NCBI GenBank assembly: GCA_036785375.1
Contig: JAWMAR010000116.1
Span: 1-64,000 of the forward strand
Direction: 5' to 3'
Length of the DNA: 64,000 bases
From: Leucoraja ocellata
Lineage: Eukaryota
Part shown: positions 50,908 through 63,055 of the stretch, piece by piece
Position numbering within the stretch: position 1 is the first letter of the stretch
Layout of the letters: the number at the start of each line of letters is the position of its first letter
Notes under the pieces: model-generated
The model's input: only the letters and a program-made list of their open reading frames with translations
Database searches by the model: none
Told to the model about the DNA's origin: nothing
Translations under genes and position numbers: made by a program

Positions 50908-52415
50908 AGACAGATGTGGAGAGGATGTTTTCACTAATGGGAGATTCTGGGACTAGGGGTCATGGCCTCAGAATTAAAGGATGCTCTTTTAGTAAGGTGA
51001 TGAGGAGAAATTTATTTTGTTGGAGGGTGGTGAATCTGTGGAATTCTTTGCCACATAAGGCTGTGGAGGCCAAGTCAGTGGATATTTTTAAGGCAGCGAT
51101 AGATTCTTGATTAGTGCGGGTGTCAGATGTTATTGGGAGAAGGCAGGAGAATAGGGTTAGAAGGGAAAGATAGATCAGCCATGATTGAATGGCGAAGTAA
51201 ACTTAGGTCAGAATGGCCTAATTCTACTCCTATCACTTATGACCATGTGACCTTATGACAGGGTGGTGCAGAAAGTGTTACATACATATATATACACATA
51301 TATATACACACACATACACACTCACAAACGCACACATACGTGCACATAAAAGCAAACAAAAACACACATAAAAGCACACATAAAAGCAAACAAAAACATA
51401 ATAGTTCAGTAATACCAATAATAGTCTATAATAGTCTATGTAGTTCAGGGCTTATTGGAGGTTGTAGTGTAGTCATTGATGAGACTACTCAGAGGCATTG
51501 AGTATAGGAGTTGGGATATTCCTGATTACATTTGTACAAGCCATTGGTGAGACCACACTTGGACTATTGTGGCTTGCATTATAATGGGAGTCTCGATAGT
51601 CTGGACAACTTCTTCCTGGAATGTAGGAGACCTTATGGAGGTATGTAAAGTCATGAGGAACATAAATGAGATGGATGGTCACTGCTCATTTTGCAGGTTA
51701 AGAGAATTTGAAATTAGAGGACATTTAAGGTGAAAAAGGAAATATTTAAAGGGGACCTGAAGGGCAACGTACATACCCTGGTGGGATGTGGAACAAGATG
51801 CCAGAGGAAGTGGTAATGACTGGTACAATCACAATGTTTCAAATATATTTAAACAGGTGTAGATAGGGTATAGATTGGCACAGAGAGGTTAATAGTCAGA
51901 ACCTTGTTCCTGGGTGGGAATGTCCAAGACCAGAAGGCAAGGCTTTAAGATGAGAGGTGCAAAGCTTAAAGAAGATGTGCAGGAAAGGATTTTTTACACA
52001 GAGAGTGGTGGGTGACAGGGGTGGCGGTGGAGGTCGATACGATAGGGGCAATTAAGAGGCTTACAGACAGGCACATGGATATGCAGTGAATGGAAGGATA
52101 TGGATCACATGCAGGAAGAGCAGATTAGTTTAACTTGACACCATGTTCGCCTTGGACACTGTGGGTCGATGGACCCGTTCCTGTACAGTTCTACGTTCTG
52201 TGCCTTATCTATTCATGTGCCTTTCTAGGTGCCTCTTGATTGTAGTGAATGCATCACACCAGCTCCACCAGCATGCCAATCACTCTCTGTTCAAAACACT
52301 TCCTCGTCACATCCTTTCAAATCTCTTTCCTCTCATCTTAAACCTGTGCCATCCTGTTTTTTTTATACCCGCTATCATGGGAAAGAATACCTACCCTATA
52401 TACACCTCATGTATT
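50908..52415. mobile_element. Cluster of CR1 3' fragments
   Basis: ORF 50916-51110 RRNLF..RVVNLWNSLP.KAVEA; further CR1 ends at 51480-52200 (+) and 52205-52415 (-). Confidence 0.75.
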
Positions 52416-52446
52416 TAATAGAAGGGCAAAAAGGAGCCACAATGAT

Positions 52447-52875
52447 TTTTTTTTCTTTTGGTTTAAAAAATATATACTTTTATTAGAAGCATATACATAT
52501 AATAGCAAAACGCGATTTGCTTACCAATTACATATATACAAAGCTTCTATTTTTTAGAAAAAATGTTTTGAAAGATAGAGCTGTAGAGAGAAAAAGAAGT
52601 AAGAGAGAGAAAAAAAAGAAACTATAAACTAATTGAGAGGGGAGGGAAAAAACAAAGGAAATTACCAGTAGCACAATTTTAGAGATAGGTCGGTAGATTA
52701 TAAGGTGTCATTATAAGATTCATCCAGTCCTGGACTCAAGTTTCAGTCCGGCTTCCATGTTGAACCAATTTACCTTTTTAGAAAAGCAATAAATGGAGAC
52801 CGTATTCTAGCAAATAGTTCTGATTTATCAATTAAGACAAGTCTAATAAGGTCTCGGACATTTCCGTAATTCACT
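52447..52875 (-). mobile_element. L1/Tx1-clade LINE 3' end
   Basis: - strand RLVLIDKSELFARIRSPFIAFLKR* resembles the L1 ORF2 C-terminal F.KIW.PF motif; followed by a pyrimidine-rich UTR, AATAAA and an A-rich tail. Confidence 0.6.
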
Positions 52876-53095
52876 TTTGTGGCAGAGCATTCCGCTCCTG
52901 GGTGGTAATCTCTCGACATGCCATGTCTTCTAATACATCAGTAGCATCCTGTTACTAGACGAGCAGCTTCACCTTGCTCCTCTAGGACCATGAGCTCCTC
53001 ATGGCTACACGCCTGAGATCAATCAGAGCAGCAATTGAACTAGAGGAATGGTTTGCACGTGATTGCTGTCTCCCCGCTCAGAAGACAGACGGCAC

Positions 53096-53415
53096 GTCCT
53101 GGGCCTCCTCCATGGCCAGAGCGAGCAACACCGGAAATTGGAGGAACAGCACCTCATATTCTGCTTGGGGAGTCTGCATCCTGGGGGCATGAACATTGAA
53201 TTCTCCCAATTTTGTTAGCCCTTGCTGTCTCCTCCCCTTCCCACCTCTCCCTCAGCCCTCGGGCTCCTCCTCCTCCTTTTTCCTTTCTTCTCCCCGCCCG
53301 ACCCCCAACCCCCATCAGTCTGAAGAAGGGTTTCGGCCCGAAACATTGCCTATTTCCTTCGCTCTGTAGATGCTGCTGCACCCGCTGAGTTTTTTCCAGC
53401 ATTTTTGTGTTCCTT
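53096..53415 (+). mobile_element. Penelope-like 3' fragment
   Basis: LEEQHLIF.LGSLHPGGMNIEFSQFC followed by CTGAAGA-stem-GAAAC at about 53320. Confidence 0.88.
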
Positions 53416-54059
53416 GATATCTCCGCTGTCTTCCTTTCGAGCGTCTTGCTTGCCATAGAGTCATGGAGTTATTCAGCATGGAAACAGGCCCTTCAGCCCT
53501 ACTAATCCATGCCAGCCAATGCTGACCCCCAGCTAGTGAGATCTGATGGACACAGAAAGGTCTTCTGTGGCCTGTATATGGGCCACCTCTGCCCATTGCC
53601 TGAACCAGTAGTTGCTGTGTGATGGGATTGGTGTGGACCCCTTACAAAGAAATACACATGACCTTCAGAATGGAGTCCATGGTCTCCCATTGCTGCCGAA
53701 CCTCCTGCAAGAACATAGAGCTTAGCTCCTCGATGCTCCTTGTTATCTCCAGTGTTCAGCCAGGCAGTCCTGATGCCCCATTCACCAACTCATTGTCGAT
53801 ATGCGTCAGTTCCCAAGGCAGGTTAAGAATTAGCATTGCATTCTTAAATATCTAGAAATAAGAATTTGGAAATGCGACCATAAAAGTGTTGGATTCTAAC
53901 AATCCTTCCGTCTGTTTAAGGAGAGAAATCTTTTATCCTACATGACATTGGGGTTACGTATGACCCCACGCCCACAATAAGGCAATTGACTCTAAACCAC
54001 CATCTGAAGACATTCAGCTTGTCACTCAGTTATATCCAAGTACTATGGAGTGCTTGAAG

Positions 54060-54462
54060 TGGTCACAGGGAGAACGTGCAAACTCCATACAGACAGTACC
54101 CGAGGTTAGTATCGAACCTGGGTATCTGGTGATGTGAGGCAGGAACTCTACCATTTGCACCACTGTGCCACCATAACTGTGTTCTATAACAAGGGAAATT
54201 AGAGTTGCTGCCTTACAGCGCGAGAGCCGGGTTCGATCCTGACTACGGGTGCTGCCTGGACAGAATTTTTATGTTCTCCCTGGGTTTTCTCCGGGTGCTC
54301 CAGTTTCCCCCCACATTCCAAAGACGTGAAAGTTGTAGGTTAATCGGCTTTGGTTAAATTATAAATTGTAGGATTGTGCTAGTGTACAGGGTGATCGCTG
54401 ATCGGCGCAGACTCGATGGACGAAGGGCCTGTTTCCGTACTACATCTCCACAGTCTAAAGTA
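54060..54462. mobile_element. HE1-type SINE fragments (54060-54172 -, 54200-54462 +)
   Basis: SINE head and V-domain motifs. Confidence 0.75.
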
Positions 54463-54583
54463 AAGAAAAATAAGACATTTTAAGAGTTGTTTTAATTCAT
54501 GGGCATTTATCAGCTTAAAGGACATGTTCATCACTATTAAGGCAGTGCATAAAACACAATGTCTGTTCTTATTATCCCCACAG

Positions 54584-54883
54584 TTGAAGGCCAGCTATCT
54601 TTTGCGACGGACATTTCATCTATTGAGCAAAACCGTGTCTTCGTCATTGTCTGTAAGGCAGAAGGCTGGTATCCTGCACCAGCTATCCTATGGAAAAAAA
54701 ACAACACAACCATTGATTCAAAAATGTACTCCACCACTGTCCATCAGTCTTCAGAAAATCGCTACAATACCTTCAGCACTTTAAACCTTACCCTTAGTGT
54801 CAGCTCTAAGATTACGTGTCTGGCCAACATTAAAGCTCTTCCTCAGCCTAGAACTACTGCGCTATTCATCACAGTGAAGCCAA
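54584..54883 (+). CDS. IGSF5: IGSF5-like exon, second (C-type) Ig domain
   Basis: cccacag acceptor; G+TT gives V, then EGQL...VCKAEGWYPAPAILW...STLNL....ITCLANIKAL...LFITVKP; donor A|GTAAGT, phase 1. Confidence 0.88.
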
Positions 54884-55155
54884 GTAAGTATAAATGCCTT
54901 GTGTACTGGAGTGAAGCAGGGTTTATTTAATGCCACGATTTACTGATGGGTCACAATTTATATCAAACGCAGTCCGTGAGAAGGTTACAGATAGATGTCA
55001 TGTTGGGAGTAATACTGAGCAGGGATGTCTCAATTATTGTAGTAGACTCGTTTGTGGGCTGTGGTGTCCTTGGACCAGGGAAATGAAGAATATTAATTTT
55101 TCTGAAGTGTTTACATGGTGTGGGGGGGACAATAACTAACAGCAATATGGTGACC

Positions 55156-55433
55156 AGTGGCGCAGTAGTAGAGTTGCTGCCTTACAATGGCAGAGACCCG
55201 GGTTCGAACCTGACTTCGGGTGCTGTCTAAATGGAGTTTGTACGTTTTCACCAGCTGCTCCAATTTCCTCCCACATTCCAAAGATGGACAGCTTTGTAGG
55301 TTAATTGGATTTGGGAAAAATTGTAAATTGTCCCTAGTGTGTAGCGGAGTGCTAGAGTATGGGGATCGCTGGTCTGCGCGGACATGGTGGACTGAAGGGC
55401 CTGTTTCCGTGCTGAATCTCTAAACTAAACTAA
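55156..55433 (+). mobile_element. HE1-type V-SINE
   Basis: Head, partly deleted V-domain and (taaac)n. Confidence 0.8.
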
Positions 55434-56195
55434 CGGCAGAATTAGGTCCATGTTTATCCAAGCCTCCTGCCACCATTTTCCCTCTGAGTTAACAAATAAA
55501 AAATAGTTTACAGAAGGAACAGGTGTCCACAGTATTAAATTGTGACCTTGTTGACAAAGGAGACATTTGTATAAGGAAAGACACAGATGCTGAAGTGTCT
55601 CAGTGAGTCAGGCAGTATCTCTGGAGAACATGGATAGGTGACGTATCGGGTCAGGACCCTTCTTCGAACTAGCATCTGCAGTTGCCGACTGAAATAGGTT
55701 TCTACGGACAATTGTAGAAACCTATTTCAGACTTTGGATTGATTTATAATGGATTGTCTATTTAAAGTAAGCTCCACCTCATAATGAGGACAATAGAACC
55801 ATATTTCTTAAATACACAATTCTAAAACACTAATTGGTGACCATTAATGATTTTGACCCTGATTTTTTATATTCATACTTCAAAGAATTCTGTAACTATT
55901 TTAATTGGTACAATTTTTTAGAGGTGTGTATCAATGAACCACTAGAGCTAAATGAGGTTGCTGGAAAAGGTCAGGTGAATCCATTGTCCTTCTCCAAAAT
56001 CAAGAAGGCATCTAAAACACTCAGTCGCCTTGTTTCAAACAACAGTTTGAACTGTTTTACTGTTATAATGTTATTTTTACAAACCATGTTTCTCGGGGTA
56101 TCTAAATCTAAATTTTATTAGTTATTTAAGTATGACATCGGATGGAAGCTGCAAACCCAAATCATGTTGCACTTATGTGCAATACCAATAAAATA

Positions 56196-56196
<1 letters not shown>

Positions 56197-56244
<48 letters not shown>
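56197..56244 (+). repeat. (ATT)16 microsatellite, tail of a short LINE 3' fragment
   Basis: Preceded by the gttgcac-ttat-gtgcaat hairpin and AATAAA. Confidence 0.9.
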
Positions 56245-56246
<2 letters not shown>

Positions 56247-56756
56247 TGAATATATATCTGCATGCTTAATTTGTATATGCTTATTAACATGTAGATAGCT
56301 TATTACGGAATATGGAGTTAGTTATTGTCCCATAGTATAAGTCTATGTCGGCAGTTTAGATACTACTTTGGCATTGGGCTTGGTTTTTTTTTTGATAAGC
56401 GCTCATCCTGATGTTATGGCAGAAGTATTTTGTTTATCAGTAATGAAATGTTCCCCATTAAAGTTATCAATCAATCAGTCCTCTCTCCCTTATAATGGTA
56501 TGAGGTAATCGATACAATTTTTGTAGGCTTACTCTCTTGATGTACTCGAATTTCGCAGTCTTATAGTTTGTTCGTCTTTTCCCAAATCTAAAATCAATTG
56601 ATAGTGTTTAACAGCAATTTGCTAATTCTCCAATAAATTGTATTCCCATAAAAAGGGGGTGAGTTATGGACAAACTTCAAAACTAATCAATCTGTTGAAA
56701 TATGAAAAATATGTCTGTGATAAAATTAACAATAGTGGCCTCCACATTGACAATGA

Positions 56757-57044
56757 CACGGTATGGTGGTGCAGTGGTAGAGGTGTAGCCTTACAGCACC
56801 TGAGACTCGGGTTCGATCTTAACGGTGCTGTCTGTACGGAGTTTGTATGTACTGCCTGTGATCTACGTGGGTTTTCTCCGGGATCTCCGGTTTCTTCCCA
56901 CATTCCAAAGACAGACAGGCTTGGTATAATCGTAAATTGTCTCCAGTGTGTGAAGGATAGTGTAAGCATGCGGGGATCGCTGGTCGGCATGAAGTCGGTG
57001 GGCCGAAGGGCTTGTTTCCGCACTATATCTTTAAACTAAACTAA
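56757..57044 (+). mobile_element. HE1-type V-SINE
   Basis: Head, V-domain and tail. Confidence 0.85.
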
Positions 57045-57991
57045 GATACTAGTAATTGCTCCAATATAACTCTGATCAATATCAAAATCTATCAACATGT
57101 ATGATAGTAGAATACATTAATTGGTAATATATGACTTTTATAAAATATTTCTAATGTTATAGTTTACTTTAACAGCCAAATCTCCTTACATTATATGATC
57201 ATGTCAAACTACAGTTATTGCAGAATATTTTACTGAAGACATATCAAGCCTGCAATATTCAGGAAAAAAAAAGATTTATTATGTTATTATTACGATTGTT
57301 ATAAATGGACATAGAATGCCTTGATCTGAGAACATTTCAAGGCATATTGACATTACTATTATTTTTAAATTATTAGTCGGCACTAAACTGGATAATTTTT
57401 TAATAAATGCATAATATAAATTATTCCAGTAGCTCAGGGGATAGGTGCAGCCAGACCAAGATGATTTTGGATTCTGTTTGATAGTATGTCAGATGTGTGA
57501 TGGTGAAGCTACAAGAATTGATCTGAACCTCCTTAGAGGGAGCCTGACTATCGACCGATATCAAGGCTGTGCATGTAGACATTGGGCAACAACAGTTTGG
57601 AGCCTCTAATTGCAAACTCAATGCCAGTCAACCTCCTGAAAATCAGGTTTAGATAAAAATGCACAGAAAAGAAAACCCAGAGTCTGTGACTGAAATCCAA
57701 GTCCGAGGCAAAAGTTCGGGTGGGGAGAATTAAATCATGACTTGTATTTCATTCTCATAGTTTGCCTGTTGTACCCTTGTAGTTAGCTTATTATTAGTTT
57801 AGAGAAACAGGGCGAAAACAGGCCCTTCGGCACACCGAGTCCGTACCGACCAGCGATCCCCGCACACTAATGTCACATCTTCGCTTACGATGTGGAATAA
57901 TAATACTGACACAATATTTACAGGTTACATTCCTTTATCTCTATGTTTATTATCTCCCCCGGCCATGGCCTCCTGCCTTGGCTTACACAGC

Positions 57992-60078
57992 ACACCTGTG
58001 ACAGATCTTGACTAATCTTTTGGCATCTTTCTCACAACCTGGCCACCACACTTGTAAATGCTCTGTAAATTCTGTTTGGTACAGACGATGCCTAAATGTC
58101 TGTCATGAGCCAATGACACGATCCTTGGTCGTAGTGCCTGCGGGATCTTCAATCTGCTACCTCTCTGCACACACTGACCAATTAGACAAAATTCATCTTT
58201 TATGGGAACATATACTTTGTAAGGGCATTGATCCCATTGCCCACTGTGTATACGCTCTCTGATATCTTTGAGTTCAGGATCATGTTCCGATTCCCTTTCA
58301 ACTTCCTTCATTGTCACGGCTCTTGGCGTTGACTGAATTATAATGAAGTGCACAAAGTTCTCTGCTTCCATCTCTAGCGTGGATGTTGCTCCCAGCTGTT
58401 CATCCTTCAACAGTCTCGATGGCGGGTCTGCGATGTTTGCTTTCCCAGCTACTGTACTGTTGGAGTCTTAGCACCCATCGTTTTATTCTGGCACATGGCT
58501 TCGACCTTGTCAAATAGATCACTTCCAGCGGCTTGTGATTTGTAATGAGTTCGAATTCGATTTCACTTTAGCCCTTCACTTGTGAGTCCGTGGCCCATGA
58601 AATCGATCTCAGAGACGTCAAACTTGTACTTTTCTTCATTCACGGTGAGTCCTGCTTCTTGAAGTTTAGTCAACACTAGCTTCAACCTCCTGCCATGCTC
58701 TTCACGAATTAGTGCATGGACGATGATGTCATCTGATACGTTTGCTGCTCCTGGTACACCTTGAATCACTCTGTGGATTTCGTACTGATAGATCTCGGGG
58801 GCAGCATTGATTCCGAACATCAGTCTTTTGTACCGATACAATCCACAGTGAGTGACATATGTTGTCACCTCTCTTGACTCTGGATGTTATTCCAATTGAT
58901 GATATCCCCACTTGAGATCAATTTTGGAGACCACTTTACTGGTTGATAACTCTTGTAGCACCTCATCAACCTTAGGAATTGGGTGTCTTTCTCTGATTAT
59001 TACCTCATTGGCTCTCCTCATGTCAACACACAATCTGATGTCATCATTGGTTTTCGGCACAATCACCACTGGACCCATCCATGGTGTCGAACGTCCAACT
59101 GGCTCAATAATGACCTGATCAATCAACTCCCTGAGTTTAGCTTCTACTTTTCCCCAAAGTCCAAATGGCGTTTTCATCACCGGTTGAGCTATCGGCTTGA
59201 CATTTTCATCAATGGCAAACTTCACTTGCCGGCCTTTCAATTTTCCAACCCCTTAGAATACTGAGTGAAATTCCTGCCTCATGTCATCATATGACTGCAC
59301 TGAATTGACTTGCACTCCGATGTGAGGCAGTCCCAGCTCTCGAGCTGTATTGCTACTCAGCGAAGGTTCTCCCCTCTCCTCTATCAACATGAATTCTGCT
59401 TCAGTTTTTCTATCTCCAACTTCTACTTTAGCCGTGAAACATCCAATCGTCTGCAATGGTTCAGTTGCGCTATATGGATATAACTTCCTGCTACACCTCC
59501 TTGACGTGCACTTGATCTTCTGCTTTTTCAAGCATTCCCAAAGTAATCTGCCAATTATGTTACTGTCGCTACCAGAATTTACAATCACTGGCACTGTAAC
59601 ACTTCCGATGGTCACTGCAACTTTCACGTGATGGCTATCATTCAATGCAAACTGATAATTCATTTTAACAGCATGCTCACCAGCTTCATCACTGTCTTCA
59701 TCACGTCCAAAATCATCTTCCACGTGACGGACGTGACCCTTCTTTTTCTGCCAAGGTCTATCTTTCTTTTCACTGGACTTCCCTTGTTGTAATCACTTGT
59801 CTTGTCCCTGGCCTGACTTTTACATTTCTTTGCGAAATGATCTTTATCTCCACATTTCCTACATTTTCTACCTTTTGCTGTCAACATGCATCTTTCCCTA
59901 TGTGACCCTTGTTGTAACACCTGTAACACTCGATCTCTTGTTCAGGCTAATTTCTTGGACTACCGTAGGACAGCCAGTTAACTTGCCCAGTCTTTGAATC
60001 TTTCAATTTCATGCTGTGAAATTGTCCCTCAACAGATTCCAGTGCCGCTGCAATCGACAAAGCATCATTAAGGTTTAA
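57992..60078 (-). pseudogene. Gypsy gag C-terminus, protease, RT, RNase H remnant and integrase zinc finger (degenerate)
   Basis: CRKCGDKDHFAKKC knuckle; VIVNSGSDSNII (protease, D to N); PVVIVPK..DIRLCVDMR, KIDLKWGYHQ, YKRLMFGINAAPEIYQ, VSDDIIV; ITNHKPL..RIKRWVLRLQ; AHDRHLG...VWWPGCEKDAKRLVKICHRC. Confidence 0.9.
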
Positions 60079-61036
60079 CTAAGCAGGAGCAACCCACCAG
60101 AACCAATTAGAAGTACAAAGTTGACAACAGGACCAAGGGTTGACGTAGCTGTTGACTTTCTTGGACCACTTCCAACAGGTGAATCAATTATGGTTGTGGT
60201 AGACTACTATAGTAGGTTCTACGAGTATGCAGTGATGAAGTCAACTACAGCAGAAAAGACGGTACAGGCATTAGCAGAGATCTTCGCCAGACACGGGTTG
60301 CCAGTTACACTGTACTCCGACAATGAGCCACAGTTTGCTTCTGAGATGTTTGCTGAATACATAAGAATCACAGGCATCCATCATCACAAGGTGACTCCTA
60401 AATGGCCACAAGCTAACGGAGAAGTAGAGAGACAAAACCAGTCCATAGAGAAGAAGATACGAACCTCCCATGCTGAAGGGAAAAACTGGAAGGAGGCACT
60501 GGTAGCATACGTACCTGTATATCGGGCGATCACTCACTCAACGTCAGGGAAAGGCCCAGCAGATCCCTTGATTGGAAGGAAAATATGCACAAAAATACCA
60601 GAAGTGCAAGTGATCACGGAGGACCAGGAGCTGAGAGACTGTGATGCCGAAAAGAAAGGTGCAGCAAAATGTTATTCCGACTTGAAACAAGGAGCCAGGC
60701 ACTCTGAAATAATGACTGGTGATGACGTGCTTGTGAGGCGAGATGATGGCGGTAAGGTGGACACTCCTTACCATTACTGGATCGAGGACTGGCAGCGTGG
60801 TGGCAGTCAAGTCTCCAGAAGGTGTTACCTACAAAAATGTATCGAGTGGCAAAAAGTACATGTCCAGAGACACTCAAAGCGAGGTGGCCCAAAATCCACC
60901 GAGAGCCACTGATTCAGAGGGGCCAGACGACATCCCTGAGGCAGTGACCAGTGCTCCTGAGACAACCAGCATTTCCGAGGTGGTGACCATTCCAGAGGCT
61001 GCAGGCTGCAACTTGGAGGACAGGTCGTGTGTGCAT
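60079..61036 (+). pseudogene. Gypsy integrase catalytic core and C-terminus
   Basis: SRSNPPEPIRST, VAVDFLGPLP, VVVDYYSRF, LYSDNEPQF and PQANGEVERQN in or just before ORF 60121-60912; frameshifted tail in ORF 60743-61108. Confidence 0.92.
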
Positions 61037-61501
61037 TGTGTAAGCCAAGGCAGGAGGCCATGGCCGGGGGAGATAATAAACACAGAGACAAAGGAATGTA
61101 ACCTGTAGATATTGTGCCAGTATTATTATTCCACATCTTAGGCGAAGATGTGACAACTAACACTATACTACACACACTAGGGACAATTTTACACTGATAT
61201 CAAGCCACAAACGTACAAACCTGTACCTATTTGGAGTGTAGGAGGAAACCAAAGATTTCAGAAAGAACCCATGTGGTCATGGTGAGAACGTACAAAATGC
61301 GTACAGGTAGCACCCGTGGCCGGGATCGAACCTGGGTCTCTGGCGCTGCAAAGCAGCAACTCTACCGCTGTGTCACCATACTGCCCTACTTGGACTACGT
61401 GTACTATTTTGTCTATTAACCTCAAAAAGGTTCTATTGTCAGGAACGATGGTGCCACTGGTTATCGACTGTTCACTAATTCATTGAAATATTTGACTTCA
61501 G

Positions 61502-61621
61502 CTGCTGACGGGAATCAGTCTTGGCTAATTATTGCCATTGTGGTGCCCATTGCTGTGGCCATCCTGCTTATAATACTCATCATTGTGATTGTTATCTGCC
61601 TAAAACGAAGAAAACGCTATG
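61502..61621 (+). CDS. IGSF5: IGSF5-like exon, transmembrane helix plus basic stop-transfer segment
   Basis: gacttcag acceptor; A+CT gives T, then ADGNQSWLIIAIVVPIAVAILLIILIIVIVICLKRRKRY; donor G|GTCAGT, phase 1. Confidence 0.88.
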
Positions 61622-62123
61622 GTCAGTGCCAACATTCTCTTTATCCTTTATTTACATACAGCTTTAATTTAATTTTAAAGATGTACACAAAATGCTGGAT
61701 TAACACAACGGGTCAGGCAGCATCTCTGGAGAAAAGGAATAAGTGACGTCTCGAGTCGGGTCCCTACTTCCGACTGAAAGATACACATGGGGGATGGGGG
61801 GGGGGGGTGGGGGGGGGGGGGGGTGGAAGAAAAAACTGGTGGCGAGAAAAGGCCAGAACAAATCATGGGCCAGCAACAGATGACCTTGGGATGGGTGGGG
61901 TCCATAATGGCCCATTGTTGGCTGGGGAAGAGAGAGGGATATAAGGATGTGAACAATGGAACTCGTAGAACGACTAGGGGTGGAGGAGGTGGTGGAGGTA
62001 AGAGAGGGAGGGGGAGGGAATGTGTAGGAAGGAACTGCAGTTGCTGGTTTAAACTGAAGATGGACACAAAATGCTTGAGTAACACAGGGGGACGGGCAAC
62101 ATCCCTGGAGAGAAGGAATGGAT

Positions 62124-62151
62124 GACGTTTCGGGTCAAGACCCTTCTTCAG
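62124..62151 (-). ncRNA. Minimal hammerhead ribozyme core, intact motifs
   Basis: - strand CUGAAGA-A-GGGUC-UU-GACCC-GAAAC-GUC. Confidence 0.55.
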
Positions 62152-62502
62152 ACTAGTCAGGGGAAAAGGAAACGAAAGGGGGAGGAAATGCAGGAGTTAC
62201 TTGAAATGAGAGAAGTTCATACTGCTGGGTTGTAACCAGCCCAAGCGAAATATGAGGTGCTGTTCTTCCAATTTGCATGTGACCTCACACTGACAGCGGG
62301 GGAGGCCCAGGACAGAATGGGAAGGGCGAGTTAAAATGTTTAGCAACCAGGAGATCGCGTAGGCGAATGCGGTTGTTTTGTATAAGAAGGAACTGCAGAT
62401 GCTGGTTTAAACCAAAGATCGACCCAAAAAAGCTGGAGTAACTCAGCGGGACAGGCAGCATCTCTGGAGAGAAGGAATGGGTGAAGTTTCGGGTCGAGAA
62501 CT

Positions 62503-62530
62503 CTGAAGAAGGGTCTCGATCCGAAACGTC
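62503..62530 (+). ncRNA. Minimal hammerhead ribozyme core, sense to the IGSF5-like intron
   Basis: CUGAAGA-A-GGGUC-UC-GAUCC-GAAAC-GUC; helix I essentially absent. Confidence 0.45.
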
Positions 62531-63055
62531 ACACATGCCTCCTCTCCAGGGATGCTGCCTGCCCCGCTGAGTTACTCCAGCTTTTTGTGTCTATCTGCGG
62601 TTCTTTTGTATATGTTTTGAATTATATTCATAAATGTGCAGAGTGATTTGGCATGTTACTCGAGGGTCTTAGACCAGACAATGCCAGACTTTGGGCCAGT
62701 ATTTGACGGATTGTATCTGTGCTAACTGAGCCATTGAAGGCTATCCAATCAAGTGAGCTGGAGTGATTTATATTATTTGACTTTACCGTAAGAAATTAAA
62801 TTCCAAGAATGATAATAACAAGTAAAGGCATGGAGGAGGAAAAACCTTGTGATGTCCTTGAGAAACTAATTCTCAATTGATCCCTCTGTTAAAAACTTAC
62901 CTTGAGTTTGCCAAGGTTATAAACTATCCTGCGTTATACATTTCTTTGTGGGTAATGTGTTTCGTTTGTTTATTGCTCTGTGTGTGAAATAATCAAACCT
63001 AGATGATTCAGATTCTCCAGAAATTGTCAAAAGAACTGGAGATAATTACAACTGT

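Larger units (their letters stand above)
57871..61155. mobile_element. Gypsy/Ty3-derived insertion with 119-bp terminal inverted repeats and an internal inversion, inserted into an HE1 SINE
   Basis: TGTCACA...TGTGACA ends; TIRs 57871-57989 and 61037-61155 (6 mismatches); 5-bp TSD ACTAA (57866-57870 and 61156-61160); host SINE reads through 57795-57870 and 61156-61386. Confidence 0.92.
61680..62595. mobile_element. Cluster of Penelope-derived fragments and fold-backs
   Basis: Repeated atgctggagtaactcagcggg...gtgacgtttcgggtc units; GIY-YIG remnant at about 62200-62350 (-); inverted arms at 62385-62592. Confidence 0.8.

Noticed and set aside
57871-61155. Classification as DIRS or Ginger
   Set aside because: It has a DDE integrase, a protease and a 5-bp TSD (not DIRS), and it carries gag and RT (not Ginger).
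37207-61160. Two unrelated elements both inserted at ACTAA within HE1 SINEs
   Set aside because: Different positions in an abundant SINE, and n=2; likely coincidence.
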